Notes under the pieces: generated by a model
What the model was told of the DNA's origin: nothing
The model's input: only the letters and a program-made list of their open reading frames with translations
The model's database searches: none
From: Camelus dromedarius
Lineage: Eukaryota
Assembly: GCF_036321535.1 (NCBI RefSeq)
Contig: NC_087436.1
Span: 10,106,001-10,170,000, forward strand
Direction of reading: 5' to 3'
Length of the DNA: 64,000 nt
Translations under genes and position numbers: made by a program
In this document: piece by piece, positions 25,506 through 38,149 of the stretch
Numbering within the stretch: position 1 is the stretch's first letter
Layout of the letters: every line of letters begins with the position of its first letter

Positions 25506-25919
25506 CTCACAGGGAATTCCTGATGCCCCCGTCTCGTGTGCCATCTTAGTGAGCAGTGTTCTGGTCACGTGGTTGCTTGTGTTGCAGACCTGGGAGTCAT
25601 ACTTGATTCTTCCCGTATCCCACCGTCCGTGTTCAGTCCCGTCATTCTGTCTTCATATGCATCTCACGCCTTGCCATTTCTCTCCATCTTCACTTCACCA
25701 CCCTTAATGCTTCTCAGCTGTCATTTTTTCTTAATGACCTACCTCAGTACTTCAGTAGTCTTGCTTCTGTTTGCTTTACCTCCTTCCAAACTTTTTTATG
25801 CAGCAGCTCACATCATCCTTAAGAAAACAAGTAGGTCTCAGTCACTTCCTCAGGGAGTCTTCCTGATTTCCCAAAGTTAGGTCCGCCTGTTAAGTGCTGG
25901 GCCATTTTCTGGCCAGCTG

Positions 25920-26012
25920 TGTAGTTCCTCATGAGATAACAAGATAAACTATGTAGTTACTCATGAGATAACAAGGTTGTACACTGTATAGTTATTTATG
26001 AGGTAACTAAGA
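25920..26012. repeat. Short imperfect tandem repeat (about 32-35 bp, 3 copies)
   Basis: tgtagttcctcatgagataacaag / tgtagttactcatgagataacaag / tatagttatttatgaggtaactaag. Confidence 0.7.
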
Positions 26013-27970
26013 ATGTAAGCAAGTTCGTGTCTGTTTTTGATCCTGGAATCTCACTGCCTGTCCTAGTACGTGGTAGTATGTGCTCTGTAGGTTTGTGGGT
26101 GTTTTTGTTGTTGTTGACAGTGAACACTGGTACAAGGTAAAGGTGTAGAGTGGTAGCAGAGAATGGGCGACAAGGTTAATTCTGACTAGATGTTGATGGG
26201 TAAGTCAGGACTAACAAAGTTGAGCTTGATGTTAGATTTTCGCATGAAAGATAAAGTCAGTATTCAAGAATTAAGATGTTTTCTTAATGCTAAGGAGAGT
26301 ATTTATGAGCTTTTTAAAAATTATTTTATATGAATTATTTCACACTGTTTTAAAGAACTTTAAAATATTTTTTATTTATACTAGTTCAGTGTGCAGCATA
26401 CTGTGGGTGCTCAGTAAAATGTTCACTTGGGTCCACCTCCCACTTTTATTTCTTTGAAACTTTTATTTTCAACCTGATAGGATGTGTCTGTAGTCTTCAG
26501 GGAGCTACACTGGGGGAGATGAGCACAAGTGTAAAACTAGATGACTGGTCAGTGTAGTATATTAAGTGCTAAGTGTACTGTGATCTGAAATGGTTACGTA
26601 TTTGTGGATAGCTTCACGAAGGAAGTGAACTTGAATTGAAAATGGTCCAGTAAGTTCCTTTCTGGAAGCTCTAGGTATTTGTCATTGACACTTGTTGACA
26701 TCTTATTTAGGTTAAGCAAGGGAATTGTACTAGGATTTTTGGGGGTAGAGTTAACTGCAAAAAAAAAAAAAAAAAAATGGTGCAGATTCTCTTAGTAAGT
26801 CCATTACATTTCCATCATGTTAGTGATGTTAAGTGACTTAGTACATCATGTTCTAGAATTTATTTTGGTGTTAAGGGTATTTGGGATTTAAAGTTTATTA
26901 TATACTGTAAGCTTTCTCAGTTGTAGGTGTGTCTTTACTCTTCTACTTTTTTTTTTTTTACGTATTCATACACTTTGGTGTACCTTAAGTATGTTTGGTG
27001 AAATGATCATTCTAGATTTCAGGTTATATTGAGAGTCTAAATGACATTTCTGTTTCTAGTGTAGCCTAGATTCTATGATGACTTTGATAGTCATTTAGGA
27101 AAAGCTCCTTTTTGTTGTTTATGATTTTAACAGAAATACTTGAAGCATATTACTGCTGAAATACTTCTTTCTATTGCTGTTTTGTTTGAACAAACTAGTT
27201 ACATGTTTTTTTTGCTAATCTCAAGTATGAATTCAAAGAATAATTTAGATTGAATTTCCTGAAGTAATCATTAAATACTGTATGTGAGAGACTTTTAATA
27301 CTGGTTTTCTTAACTGGAATATTTCTGTGTTGCCAGAAACTTTTCCAAAGTTTCTGTTATTCAAAATAGCCTGTTAGTTACGCATATGAAAAGAAGTGGA
27401 TTTTTGAAAGTTAAATTTGGCACTTTTTGAAACATACAATACTAATTTTTTATTGAAAATACACCTTAATCCCCTCCCCCAGTTTTGTTATGTTTACATT
27501 CTGTACTCTTTTATGAATCGTCAGATGTTTTACAAAATAAATTTGGAGAACCCCTGACTGATGGATATTAATTGATTTTTAGAGCTATTTAGCTTGAATA
27601 GATTGTAATTAATAGATTAACTTTTTATTGGTAGGATTTGCCTTCACTTTTTCCCTGTTAGAGTATTTTGTTGGTTTTTTTGAAAAAAATTAATATATTG
27701 AAACATAAAAATGTTGTGAAGTTTAACGTTTTATATTACATAGTTTTGTGCAGTATTATATATTCATAAACTGCCTTGAGGCAACCTTTTTATGAATAAA
27801 TTATCACAAGGAATCATTATCTACAGTTGAGTCAGAACGTAAGTTCAGTTTCTTTGCACTTTCTTTGTACAAAGTCTTGAAAGTTCTGTAACTGAGATCT
27901 TTTAAAGCTGTTCACTTTTATACTCCTAGGGTATCAAACTATTTCTTCTTCTAAAGAAAGTTTTTGAATC

Positions 27971-29410
27971 TTTTTTTTAATTTATCAAATTTATTTTTTA
28001 TTATGGATATTGTTATAGCAGAATATAAAAATTAAATGATAAAAGTTTAAGAGTACAGTTTAACTTCATCTTTAAAAAGTTCATCTTTTTTTTTAAAACT
28101 ATACATACTCAGGTAAAAAAAGGCTCTAAACTTTAACTTCAGAATTACACTCTAGAAATGAATGCTTTGGCCACCTAAAAGTTGATATTGACAAGTTGCA
28201 TGCATTTGCAAATTATAACGCAGTATTTGTACACAGAATAACTATATATACATTTTACTTACATTGCTGATATATGATAGTTACCCACACTGTCTTGAGA
28301 AATGAGGCATAATATAGATGCAAACTAAGTAGAAGATCAGTCTCAACTACAGCATTTCTTTCACAACTGGTAAGAGATAATCCAGACATTTGCTGAATAT
28401 AAAAAAAGTCCCATGCTTCGTGGTCTCTGGGAATTCCAACATATTTTAGGTGACCCTGAAGGAGTTCACTGCTGTGCTCGCTGGTAAAGTTGGAGGAACT
28501 CTGGTCCAGAGGAGGGGACTGCCCTCCATCCACTGGCCTCAGTGCAGCTCAGGTGGAGATCTGACTGAGTGAGTGAGTGCAGCCGGGCAGTTTGGGAGGC
28601 CTGAGTGGAGGGGAGGGGACAGCACAGCTTTAACACGAGGGCCCACTCCTGGGAAAGGGACCAGCAGGACTTGGTGCTTGGTCCCCTGGCTGGTTTGTAA
28701 AAGACCCTTGTGATGTGCTGATTCTCGTGAACTCCTCCAGGAACTTGAGCACTTTAGCAGCTCCGCCATCTCTTAACGTATAGACTGCAGGGATCTCTCT
28801 TTCTTTAGTTCTCGGATGAGAAAATTGATTTCCTTCCTCGAATCAGGTTGACCGTCATCAACTTTCTGGAAGTGTCAGCTAGGCTGGATGTGTTTACCGG
28901 CTCCTCCTCTAGCCTGGCCTTCTTTACAGTTGTCTCCATCCTGGCGCGCTCCTTTTTAGCCACACAGAGCTTGTCAATGAAGTGGCATTTCTCCTCAATC
29001 TGTGCAGCCGGTGTTTTTGCCAGTTGCTTTTCATGTCTTCCATTAAGTTGACTTCTAACAGACTGAATAAGTCTGCAAGTAACCACCAACAAGGTGAGGA
29101 CAGACCTCAACGCTGTCTCCCAGCGGAGGCTCTGGAACATGAGCTAAGAACACAGGCCATTGGGCAGCAGCACCAGGACTGCACTCAGCTTCCTAAGAAC
29201 CTGCCCAAAGCCAAGCTTCACAGAGGAGAGCAGCCCCTCCAGGGCACTGATCCACCCAGGGCTCTGCCCAGTTACCGTGGAGCCACCAGCCACAACAAAC
29301 CCCAGGGTCACCCCAACATTCCACCTGGAACCCAGCCAGCAACTGACATCCTGGATTAGTCTATCTGGTCAGTGTTAGTGGGAAGGAGGGGGGTTGTCAG
29401 AGGAGAGGGC
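27971..29410 (-). pseudogene. cTAGE5/MIA2-like processed pseudogene, internally deleted, antisense in TMA16 intron 1
   Basis: Minus-strand translation LEGLLSSVKLGFGQVLRKLSAVLVLLPNGLCS*LMFQSLRWE...QSVRSQLNGRHEKQLA...IEEK...KE, then after a frameshift EINFLIRELKKERS...*EMAELLK, aligns with the recalled cTAGE5 N-terminus. Start codon reads gccCTGG. Stops and frameshifts are present, no introns, and AATAAA plus an A-tract lie at about 27971-27995. Confidence 0.8.
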
Positions 29411-29789
29411 TGTAACTAAAATGTCATTTTCTCCATTATTGTCTAATGGTAATTTTTTCTTACCTCTTTCTTTTTGTGTTTATATCTGTATACAATAAAA
29501 ATATAGTGAAATGTGCCAATATAAAGTTTTTGATTTCACAAATCTTTCAAATCCGTAACCCTCAACACTATCAAAAAGTTTTTAAGTCTTTAAAAGAAAT
29601 TTTTTATAGACTGGGACATACTGCTGTAATGATATTATGCAGTTCTGTAACTTAAGTTTTACAGCTTCAGAGACTCTCTTTTTCTTGAGGTTTTTGTGAC
29701 TTTTCACTTTTTTAAAGCATTTTATTTGTGGGAATATATAGAATAAAGCTATCTTTTCAAAGATATGTTTGCTTTTTTTTTTTGGTTTT

Positions 29790-30350
29790 GCATTAGTTAC
29801 CTCTTTAACAAGCTATCTCACAATTTATCATCTTAAAACACAGAATTATCACAGTTTTTGTGGGTCATAGATCAGGCATTCCTTACCTAGATTCTCTGCA
29901 AGATTTCTCACAAGGTCGCTGTCAAGCTATGACCTAAAGCTGTGGTTTCATCTCAAGGCATGACTGGGGAGGATCCACTTCCCAGCTCACTCACATGGTT
30001 CTTGGTAGGATTCAGCTCTTTGTGGACTGTTGGACCAAGGGTCTCAGTTCTTCACTGGCTGTTGGCTGGGACCTCCCTCAGTTACTGGTCACATAGGCCT
30101 CTCCATAGGGCAGCAGACTGCAAGACAGCTGTTTCCATCAGAGGGAATTGAGAGAGCAATGGAGAGAGTGGGCAAGAGGAAACCAGAGTCCTTTCATAAC
30201 CTAACCTTGGGATTGATATTCATTGCTTTTGCCAAATGTTTGTCAGTGAAGTGAGCCACCAGGTCCAGCCCATGCTCAAGAGAAGGGGATTTCACACGAG
30301 CATAGGTATCAGGAGGTGGGGTTCATTGGGGGCATCTTAGAGGCAACTTA
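29790..30350. mobile_element. MaLR MLT1 (F/G-like) LTR
   Basis: catctcaaggcatgactggggaggatccacttcccagctcactcacatgg...ggggcatcttagagg. Confidence 0.75.
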
Positions 30351-32087
30351 GCATGGTTCTGAAAGTTTTTACTTGATTTATTCTTGCCAGGTGAACTGCA
30401 TGCACAAAAATGCCTTATCGCACCTTTCTTTCTCCTTCCTTCCTCACTTCAATGTGTGCAGAGACACTCAAAAGAACGCACATACTCTCTGTGATGGTTT
30501 CACTCTTTGTACTCCTCTGCCTGTAACCAACTCCCAGGGACATCCTGGATTTCAGACCTGGAGTTTAGTCTTCTCTGGTCAGATTTATCAAGAAGTGAAC
30601 AGTAGATAATTACTGAATATTTTAGTAAATATTTGTGGAAGACATGAATACATGTGTGAATGAGGTAGTCATTTTAATTAACTCTGCCTGGAGAGTTTTA
30701 CAAAGTGACTTTGAGCTGTGTCTTATCAAAGGACAAGTAAGGAAAAGGAGTTTGCAGGCAGAGGTAACAACAAATACAATCTCAAGAAGTAATAAAACAA
30801 GCTATGTTCTGGAAATGGTGAGGAGGTAGTAAGAATGGGATGAAGGGTCTTTTGAAGAACGGGGAACAGTGTTGGAGAAGCAGGTTGGGTGGATTGTTTT
30901 CCATGTTTAGGACTGAGGACCTAACTGAGCGAGTGGAACTCTATCTAGCACAGAAGAAGGACTGTACTAACTCGTGTCTAGAAAGATAAACATTGTAACT
31001 TCCCGTGAAAAGAGGACTTGCAGTGAGAACCTACAGGCCAACCTAATCATAAAAGATCACTGCATTTTAAGACAGTGACAGTTTTGAAGAGAATATTTTA
31101 GAAACACTTGACCTTTTCAAGGATTGGGTATGTTAGACTCCCAGCTGTCCCCTAATAGCCTCTTTGTTTTTCATCTCTAATCATGTATTTTTTCCTGAGA
31201 ATAAAAGATTGTATTTAATATTTTCCCTTATAGAATCTTCCTTTTTATATAATATAAAGTTTTTCTTCTCTGCTTTTCACTGGCTGGACTGTAGACCTGG
31301 TGTTAAGCCATTTTGAATTACATGGATATATATGAGGTTACAGTCCAGGGATGGTAGATCACAGGATGGAGGGAGTCTGGATCTCAGGGCTTTGTGGAGT
31401 GGAGCCTCCAGCTCCTGCTTTTTACATGAGAGGGCTAAACTTCATCTGGGTTAAGCCATTATTGTTTTGGCTTTCTATTACAGGGAGCCAAACAAAATTC
31501 CTCAATAATATAGGTCAGATATAAGAGACAGAATTATGTAGGAATAAAAAAAAATTATTGAACTGCAGACAGCTGGTTTAGAGGACCTAGTTAACTGGCC
31601 TAAGGCTTGAATGGGAAAATAATTTGCTCCCTTTTGGAAGTGCTGATTTTGAGATGGCTTATCTATTTCCTCTGCCCCTAATTTCCTATGAGCCCAACTT
31701 TGATTTTGCTTTATTTGCTGCCTACCCTGTTCCATGCACAGCTTCTACAGTCAGGCTCCCATTAACATCCTGTGTTCCTTCTGCTGCCCCCTGTAACTTT
31801 CTTAGTTTCCAGCTGTGTGAGTCTTCTCACAGTCTGCACTCTCTGTATCTGCTTTGAAGATGGAACAGTTGAGGAACTGGGTTTATTGACCGTTTCCGTG
31901 CCTTTATTTTCTTACATCATTGGAGAATAGTTCTGAATACAGTTGACCCTTGACCACTGTGGAGGCTAGGGGCACTGACACTCAGCAGTCAAAAATCTGC
32001 ATATTTTAAATTTTTATTTCCAAAGAAAAGTTTTTGACAGAAGTCATTTATGTATCTGACTATGTTATATGTTTTTCTACATTTTAG

Positions 32088-32200
32088 CCTAAAGCACCAA
32101 AGGGAAAAAATGGAAGACAGGAAAAAAAAGTCATCCATCCATATAGTAGAAAAGCAGCTCAAATTACAAGACAGGCTCACAAACAAGAAAAAAAGGAAAA
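32088..32200 (+). CDS. TMA16: TMA16 exon 2 (113 nt; [37 protein letters not shown])
   Basis: ttttag| acceptor, |gtaagt donor, and the conserved HPYSRKA motif. Confidence 0.95.
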
Positions 32201-32929
32201 GTAAGTATCTTTTCATTGTTTATATTATGCATTGGTGAAAAGCTCTCTTACGTGCTTATTCTTGATCAGTATGCCCTTCTTCCTTCAATAAATAAATTAG
32301 GTCCTGTGCCCAGGGAAAACCATGAATAAGGATTCAGCTCTTAGAGTTTACCTAAAACAGATACATGAATATAAATAGATTGTGATGAGTGCAGTGAAGA
32401 AAAATTGAAAAGGATTATGGGTTGGAGAGTGAGGGGGAGGTTCTGTCTTACATAGGCTAGTCATAGAAGGCTTCTCTGAAGATGTTACACTTTAGCAGAG
32501 AACTGTAAGATGTGAGACAGTGAGTTGTGCGGACATTTATCAGGTGTATAGGTTAAAGTGCTTCTTAGATGTAGAAGATGAGATACAGAATGGGCAGTGG
32601 GATATGTTGGGTCTAGTGATCAGAGGATAGGTCACAGATAGGGACACAAATTTGGGAGTCATCAGCATCAATCTGGAACTACAAATCATCAGACTGGATA
32701 AGACCACTTAACTAATGAGTAAGATAAGAAAGAGAGGGTGCCAAGGGTCCAGTCCGGAGGCCCTCCACCATTTAGAGGTTGGAGAAAGGAAGAGGCTCCA
32801 ACAGGTTAGACTGAGGAGGTGAAAAAAGAAGGTAGCATTTCAGAGAGAAAATAGTGATCAGAATTGATTTAGTAATTTGATTTAGTAATGAGATCATTTA
32901 GTAAAGTGGAGATCACTGTATTATTTTTT

Positions 32930-34975
32930 CTTGAGTTATTAATAGTTGCTTTGGAAGTTACAACTAATATCTTAAAACTTACAACAATCTAGTTCGGATG
33001 AAAGTCAAGTTAATTTCAGTAGTAGTCAAAAGAATTTGCTCTACCATAACTCCATTCTGACCCCCTCCTTTGTACTATTAATGTCCACTAAATTATATCT
33101 TTATATATTGTAAGTGCATAAACACAGTTTCCTAATTATTGTTTTTATGCAGTTGTCTTAAATTAGGACAAGAAAAGTGTTACAAACAAAAATACGTTCA
33201 GACTGTCTTTTATATCTACCTATGGGATTACATTTTCACTGGGGCTTCTTATTTTTTCATGTGGATTCAAATTGCTATCTACCATCCTTTCATTTCAGCC
33301 AGAAAGCTCCCTTTAGTGTTTCTTGTAGGGCAGGTCTGCAAGCAACAGATTCTCTCATTTTTGTTCATCTGAGAATGCCTTCAATTTTTCCTTCGCTTCT
33401 ACAGGATTGTGCTTCATTTTAAAGTTTCACTGTGTATAGAATTTCAGTCTTCCTTGAACACTTGGAATCTGTCATCCCTCAGCCTTCTGGCTTCTATGGT
33501 TCTGATAAGAAGTCAGCTGTTAATCTTACTGAGGATCCTTTGTGTGCGATGAATCACTTTTCTCCTGATGTTTTCAAGATGTCCTCTTTGTCTTTGAATA
33601 GTTTGACAATGATATGCCTAGGTGTGGATCTCTGAGTTCATCCTACACGGAGTTTGTTAAGCTTCTTGGGTGTATAATTAATGTTTTTCATCAAATTGGG
33701 AAGTTTTGGGCCATTTTCTCAAATATCCTTTCTGTCCTCTCTGTCCTATCCTTCTGTGACTCCCATTATGCATATGTTGGTGTGCTTTGTGGTGTCCCCC
33801 TAGGCCTCTGAGACTTAATTTTTCTCTTTTTACTTTCCGTTGCTCAGGTTGGATAATTTCCCCTGACTTATTCTTATGTTTGCTCGTCTTTGTCCAGTAG
33901 GTCCAAACCTCTGGAGTTCTTCAGGAACAGTTTCTATTGTATGCTATTTTTAACCCCCGAGTATGGGCCATACTTTCCTGTTTCTTTGTGTCTCCTAATT
34001 TTTTGTTCAAAACTGGACATTTTAAATATTGCAGTCTGACAGTCCTGTTAATCACATATGACCTACCCCTATCCTTTATCAGGTTCACTGTTGTTTTGCT
34101 GTTGCTGTTTGCTTTGTGACTTTCCTGGACTGATTTTGTAAAGTCTGTTTGTTGTGTGTGACCTTTGAAGCTTCTGCTCAGTTAGTGGCCAGCTAATATT
34201 TAGGCAGTGATTTCTTTAAGTTCCTTTAATAAGTTTCTCAATGTTTGCTGAGGGGCTCTGTTAGTCTGTTGGACATGCTTCTGATACTCCAGTAGGCAGT
34301 TTATAGACTTCATTTCCATTTGAAGAGCCTCATGGTTGTCCAGAGGTGAGAAAATAGGACCTTCTCAGATCTTTCCTTGGCGTGAACACAGTCCTGAATA
34401 CACCATTCCTGCGAGTATGTTGAAGCTAGTTTTTCAAAGCCCTCTATCAGCCTTCCATTTCTTAGTTTTTCCTTTTAATGTTTTGGTCAGCCTTTTGTTA
34501 GCCCCTAACTGGTAACATCACTCAGGCGGCTGCTGTGTTAGTTGCTGCCGATTTGTTTTTGAGGAGCAACCTGGGGGCAGGGCTGCTTCCACAGAGAGCT
34601 CTGAGTTAGATTAAATAAGAGCAGAGTAACTGAGAATGGAGCTTTTCAGTGTGCTGCTGGTTGGGCCAAATGGCGACAGTTCTCAGGGTGAGCTTTTGGG
34701 GAGCTCCCATCCTGTTGTGTCTGTCCTGGTGGCTGCTAGGAGGAGTTGCTGGTCCAGAGCTGGGAAGAGGGGGATGGGGTATAAACACCCCAGATTTGCT
34801 GTCCTTATTGAGATTGGGCCATTTTTCTCGAGTAAATGCTCCTTGGATTGTTGCAAAGCTTTCATTTCTATACTTCTAAAAAGTTGATTTTGACAGGCTT
34901 TGTCAGTGCTCTCTTGGCCCCTGTGGGGGAGCAGATTTTTGTAAGTTCTGATTCTGCCATTCTGAAAGTTGGCCT
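32930..34975 (-). mobile_element. Old L1 (ORF1/5' region), degenerate
   Basis: ttctgataagaagtcagctgttaatcttactgaggatcc...gatatgcctaggtgtggatctc...ttcatcaaattgggaagtttt. Confidence 0.75.
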
Positions 34976-36458
34976 ATATTCTTGATGTGAAGGATTCATA
35001 GGAAAATTTTCTTCCTAGGAAAACAAAATACGTATGTAACACCTCTTCTTTTCTTGTCTCCTTGTCCCTTGGTCCCCCCTTCTCTAGTCAGCAGCACACA
35101 CTGTGTAATTTGCCTGTTCTCCCCTCCATTTCTGGCCTTTGAGGGTCCCTAGGAACTGCTATGAAAACAAGAAGTCCCTTAAAATGAAGTTATGAAGGCA
35201 AAGTGGAAAGCATCAGTTTGATGATTTTAATGGCACTGGATGCATCTGCACACTGGCTGACAGAAGCCAGCACTTTCACTGTTGCAAGTTGATTCCTTGC
35301 CCAAGACCAGGAGGGCTTAGCTGGCTCACAAACGTTGTGACTAGAAGTTTTCTTGAAAAAAGTAGTCAAGTGCTATGATAGTGTAGTCAAATTTTCTTTT
35401 TTTTTTTTTTTTTTTTTTTTGGTAAGGGAGGGTCTTTTTACGTTAAAGTTTGTTATAATGATTTTATTGCTTTAAAACAGTAATTTTCAAGCTTCAGTTA
35501 CTTACGTATCACTCTGATGAATTTTGCTGTATCTTTTTGACATATGCTGCTTGCATGATTTTTCCATCACCTGTACCACTACTTCACAAACTTCAGTGTG
35601 CATGAGGCACACCTGTCAGGAGTGCTGAAACAGTTTGTGGGCCTCACGCCCAGAGGTTTCCATTCAGAAGGGTTTGCATTTCTGGCAAGTTTCTAGTCAT
35701 GTTGCTTCTGGTTCAGGCACTGATCTATCATGTTCTTTAATTTACATTCTTTAGAAATCTTTTACCCTTGACTATTATTGTTTTTAAAGGAGACATTTTA
35801 TCTCTGTTGAAACCAACTAGATACTGTTGCCTTCCCCGAATGATTTGAGCTCGAGGCGTGGTTACTTATTTTTGATGGAAAGATTAGCAAAGGTTGGAAG
35901 ACTTGTAAAATAAACTAACATTAAGCTAAGTTTTCTCCTTAATGTAATTGGAAAGGATCTAAAGAAAATGAGGGGAAAGGTAACTTGCTTATTACCATTT
36001 GATTACAGATTGTTCAATTCTGTGTATATGAACTGCCTGAAAATTGGCTTACATAGTACACACCTTATGTAGTGGTATGCATGCAGTATTTTAGGAAATA
36101 ATGCTTTAGACTATGACTGAGTACTTTGCTTCACTGTAAATATTTGTGATGTTTGTATGTTGTCAAGTATATTCAGGAGCTTATGGATTGATTTAATGTT
36201 GATTTACAGTCAACATTATAGAAGAATCATGGAAGGATAAAACAGAACAACATTGCTAACCTCACATTTAAAACTTGTCCTAAAGAAGTTCTGTTGTTGG
36301 CCATGGCTCTATTTTAATAGTACAGAGTTGAAAGACATCATTTAATTCTTTTCTTCTTGGGCAGCGTTCCAAACAGATGGAGTGTTCTCTTTTTTCTCAT
36401 GTATTTTAAAGAAGTCACCCTTGTGGCAGTCATAGCGCCAGAAGCAAACACATGTAGT

Positions 36459-36552
36459 TTTAGTAGCGTCTGACATTTTACGAAACAGGCATTTAGTAGT
36501 GTCTGACATTTTATGAAACAGGCATTTAGTAGTGTCTGACATTTCATGAAAC
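36459..36552. repeat. 33-bp minisatellite, about 2.9 copies
   Basis: Unit tttagtag(c/t)gtctgacatttta(c/t)gaaacaggca starting at 36459, 36492 and 36525. Confidence 0.92.
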
Positions 36553-36844
36553 CTGTCATAAGTGTCAGCTTTTTGAGCAGCGGCAGCAGGGACCACGAGT
36601 CCTACTTAAACAAGCGGGAGCGTGGTCACGGAGAGTGTCCCGAGATGCTGCTGGGCCCCTGCCCTACAGCAGTATGTCTAGCAAGGCAGAAATGGTGAGT
36701 TGCATATTTTCAAGAGATGGTTGGTGACAAGATCCTCAGACTGTTGGGGCAACTGTAAGCAGGATGATAGAAAAGGTGCCATCAGGCCTTAACTTGAACG
36801 TCAGGTGCCTGTGGCTTCTTAGAAATAAACAGCAGTTATCAGCT

Positions 36845-37365
36845 ACTGTTTTAGTTATCTATCACTGCGTAAGAAACTATCCTACGGCTCAGCAGTGTGA
36901 AACAAAGTTTTTCAGTCAGGAATCCCAGTGCCACTTACCTAGGTGCATTGGCTCGGTGTCCTGCAAGGTTACAATCAAGGTGTTGGCTGGGGCTGCATTC
37001 ATCTCAGAGCTTGATAGGAAAAGGTTTTGCTGACAGGCTGTTCATACAGCAATGGATAGACCTCAGTCTTGGCTGGCCATTGGCTGGAGATGTCAGTTCC
37101 TTGCCACGTGAGCCTCTTCATAGGGCTGCTTACAGCATGGCAGTGTGACTCCCCCAGAGCAAAGGCTCTGAGACAGAGAGAGCGGGGGTGACCAGGATGG
37201 AAGACAGTGTTTGTAACATAATTTCCAAATGACATGCATCGCTGTTGCACCGTCTCACTCGTTAGAGGTGAGTCACTAGGTCCAGCCACACTCAGGGAAG
37301 ACAGGGCCATGACTGTCAAAGCAGCAAGCAGCAGCACTGGGGGCCGTCTTAGGTATTACCACCTC
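36845..37365. mobile_element. MaLR MLT1 LTR
   Basis: tgttttagttatctatcactgcgtaagaaacta...caatcaaggtgttggctggggctgca...ggggccgtcttagg. Confidence 0.75.
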
Positions 37366-38149
37366 CTCGTGGTGCCTGCCTGCCTAAGGAGGAAGAGTAC
37401 CCAGGTGGGCTGGAGTATCTGGTCTCTGCACATTAACACAGAACCCGGGACTCTTTGTGCCAGTTCCTAAGTTTCGTTTTTAGGGGAAGATCGGGGAGGG
37501 TATTTGCTAGGGGCAGTGCCTTTGACCGGAGGAAGAGGGCACAGACTTGAACTTCTGGATTCATCAGGTTGACCCTCAGAGATGGACTCTAATGACCTAA
37601 AGACACGGCAGGGGCGCAGAGCAGCGTGGAAAAGAGTCAGGCGTTCTTCATCTTTAGCGTTTGAACATGCTGATTCAGGATTATATGAAATACTGCTTCT
37701 GTTCCTGTTGAAAGAAACTGGTACAGTTTGAAGACTAGTGCATTTCAATTGATGGGCAGTTTACAGGCAAGTAGTTATTCTGTATCATGATTTTAGCTTT
37801 ATTTTATGACTTCTCAGCATAGCAACATTTTGTGGCTGCGTACTGTCCTATTCTGTCCTGCTAGGTATGTAGCAAAGAACTCTAGATACCAGTGAAAATG
37901 ACTTAATATGGAAAATTAACACAGAAACTAAGCATAATGGGTAACAACTAGGAAACAACTGTTTTTGAGGATTAATCTCAAATCTCTCTTCTCTTCTTCA
38001 TCTCAGCTGACACCACTGTAATTTAGGTGCCGTTGAGTTCATTCAGAACAATGGCAAACTTGACTTGTAAGTGGACTCTTCCTTCCAGGCTGATTCAAAA
38101 GGAATGAATTCTCCTCAAAGCCTTTTTCTACCTGGTTATGAAGTGTTCT

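Noticed and set aside
27957..29533. aaagtttttga on both sides of the cTAGE-like retrocopy as a TSD
   Set aside because: The right copy is about 110 bp beyond where similarity appears to end and is low complexity, so it is not convincing.
36459..36552. 33-bp repeats as a CRISPR-like array or coding repeat
   Set aside because: Head-to-tail copies without spacers in a mammalian intron, no cas genes, and no splice or homology support for coding.
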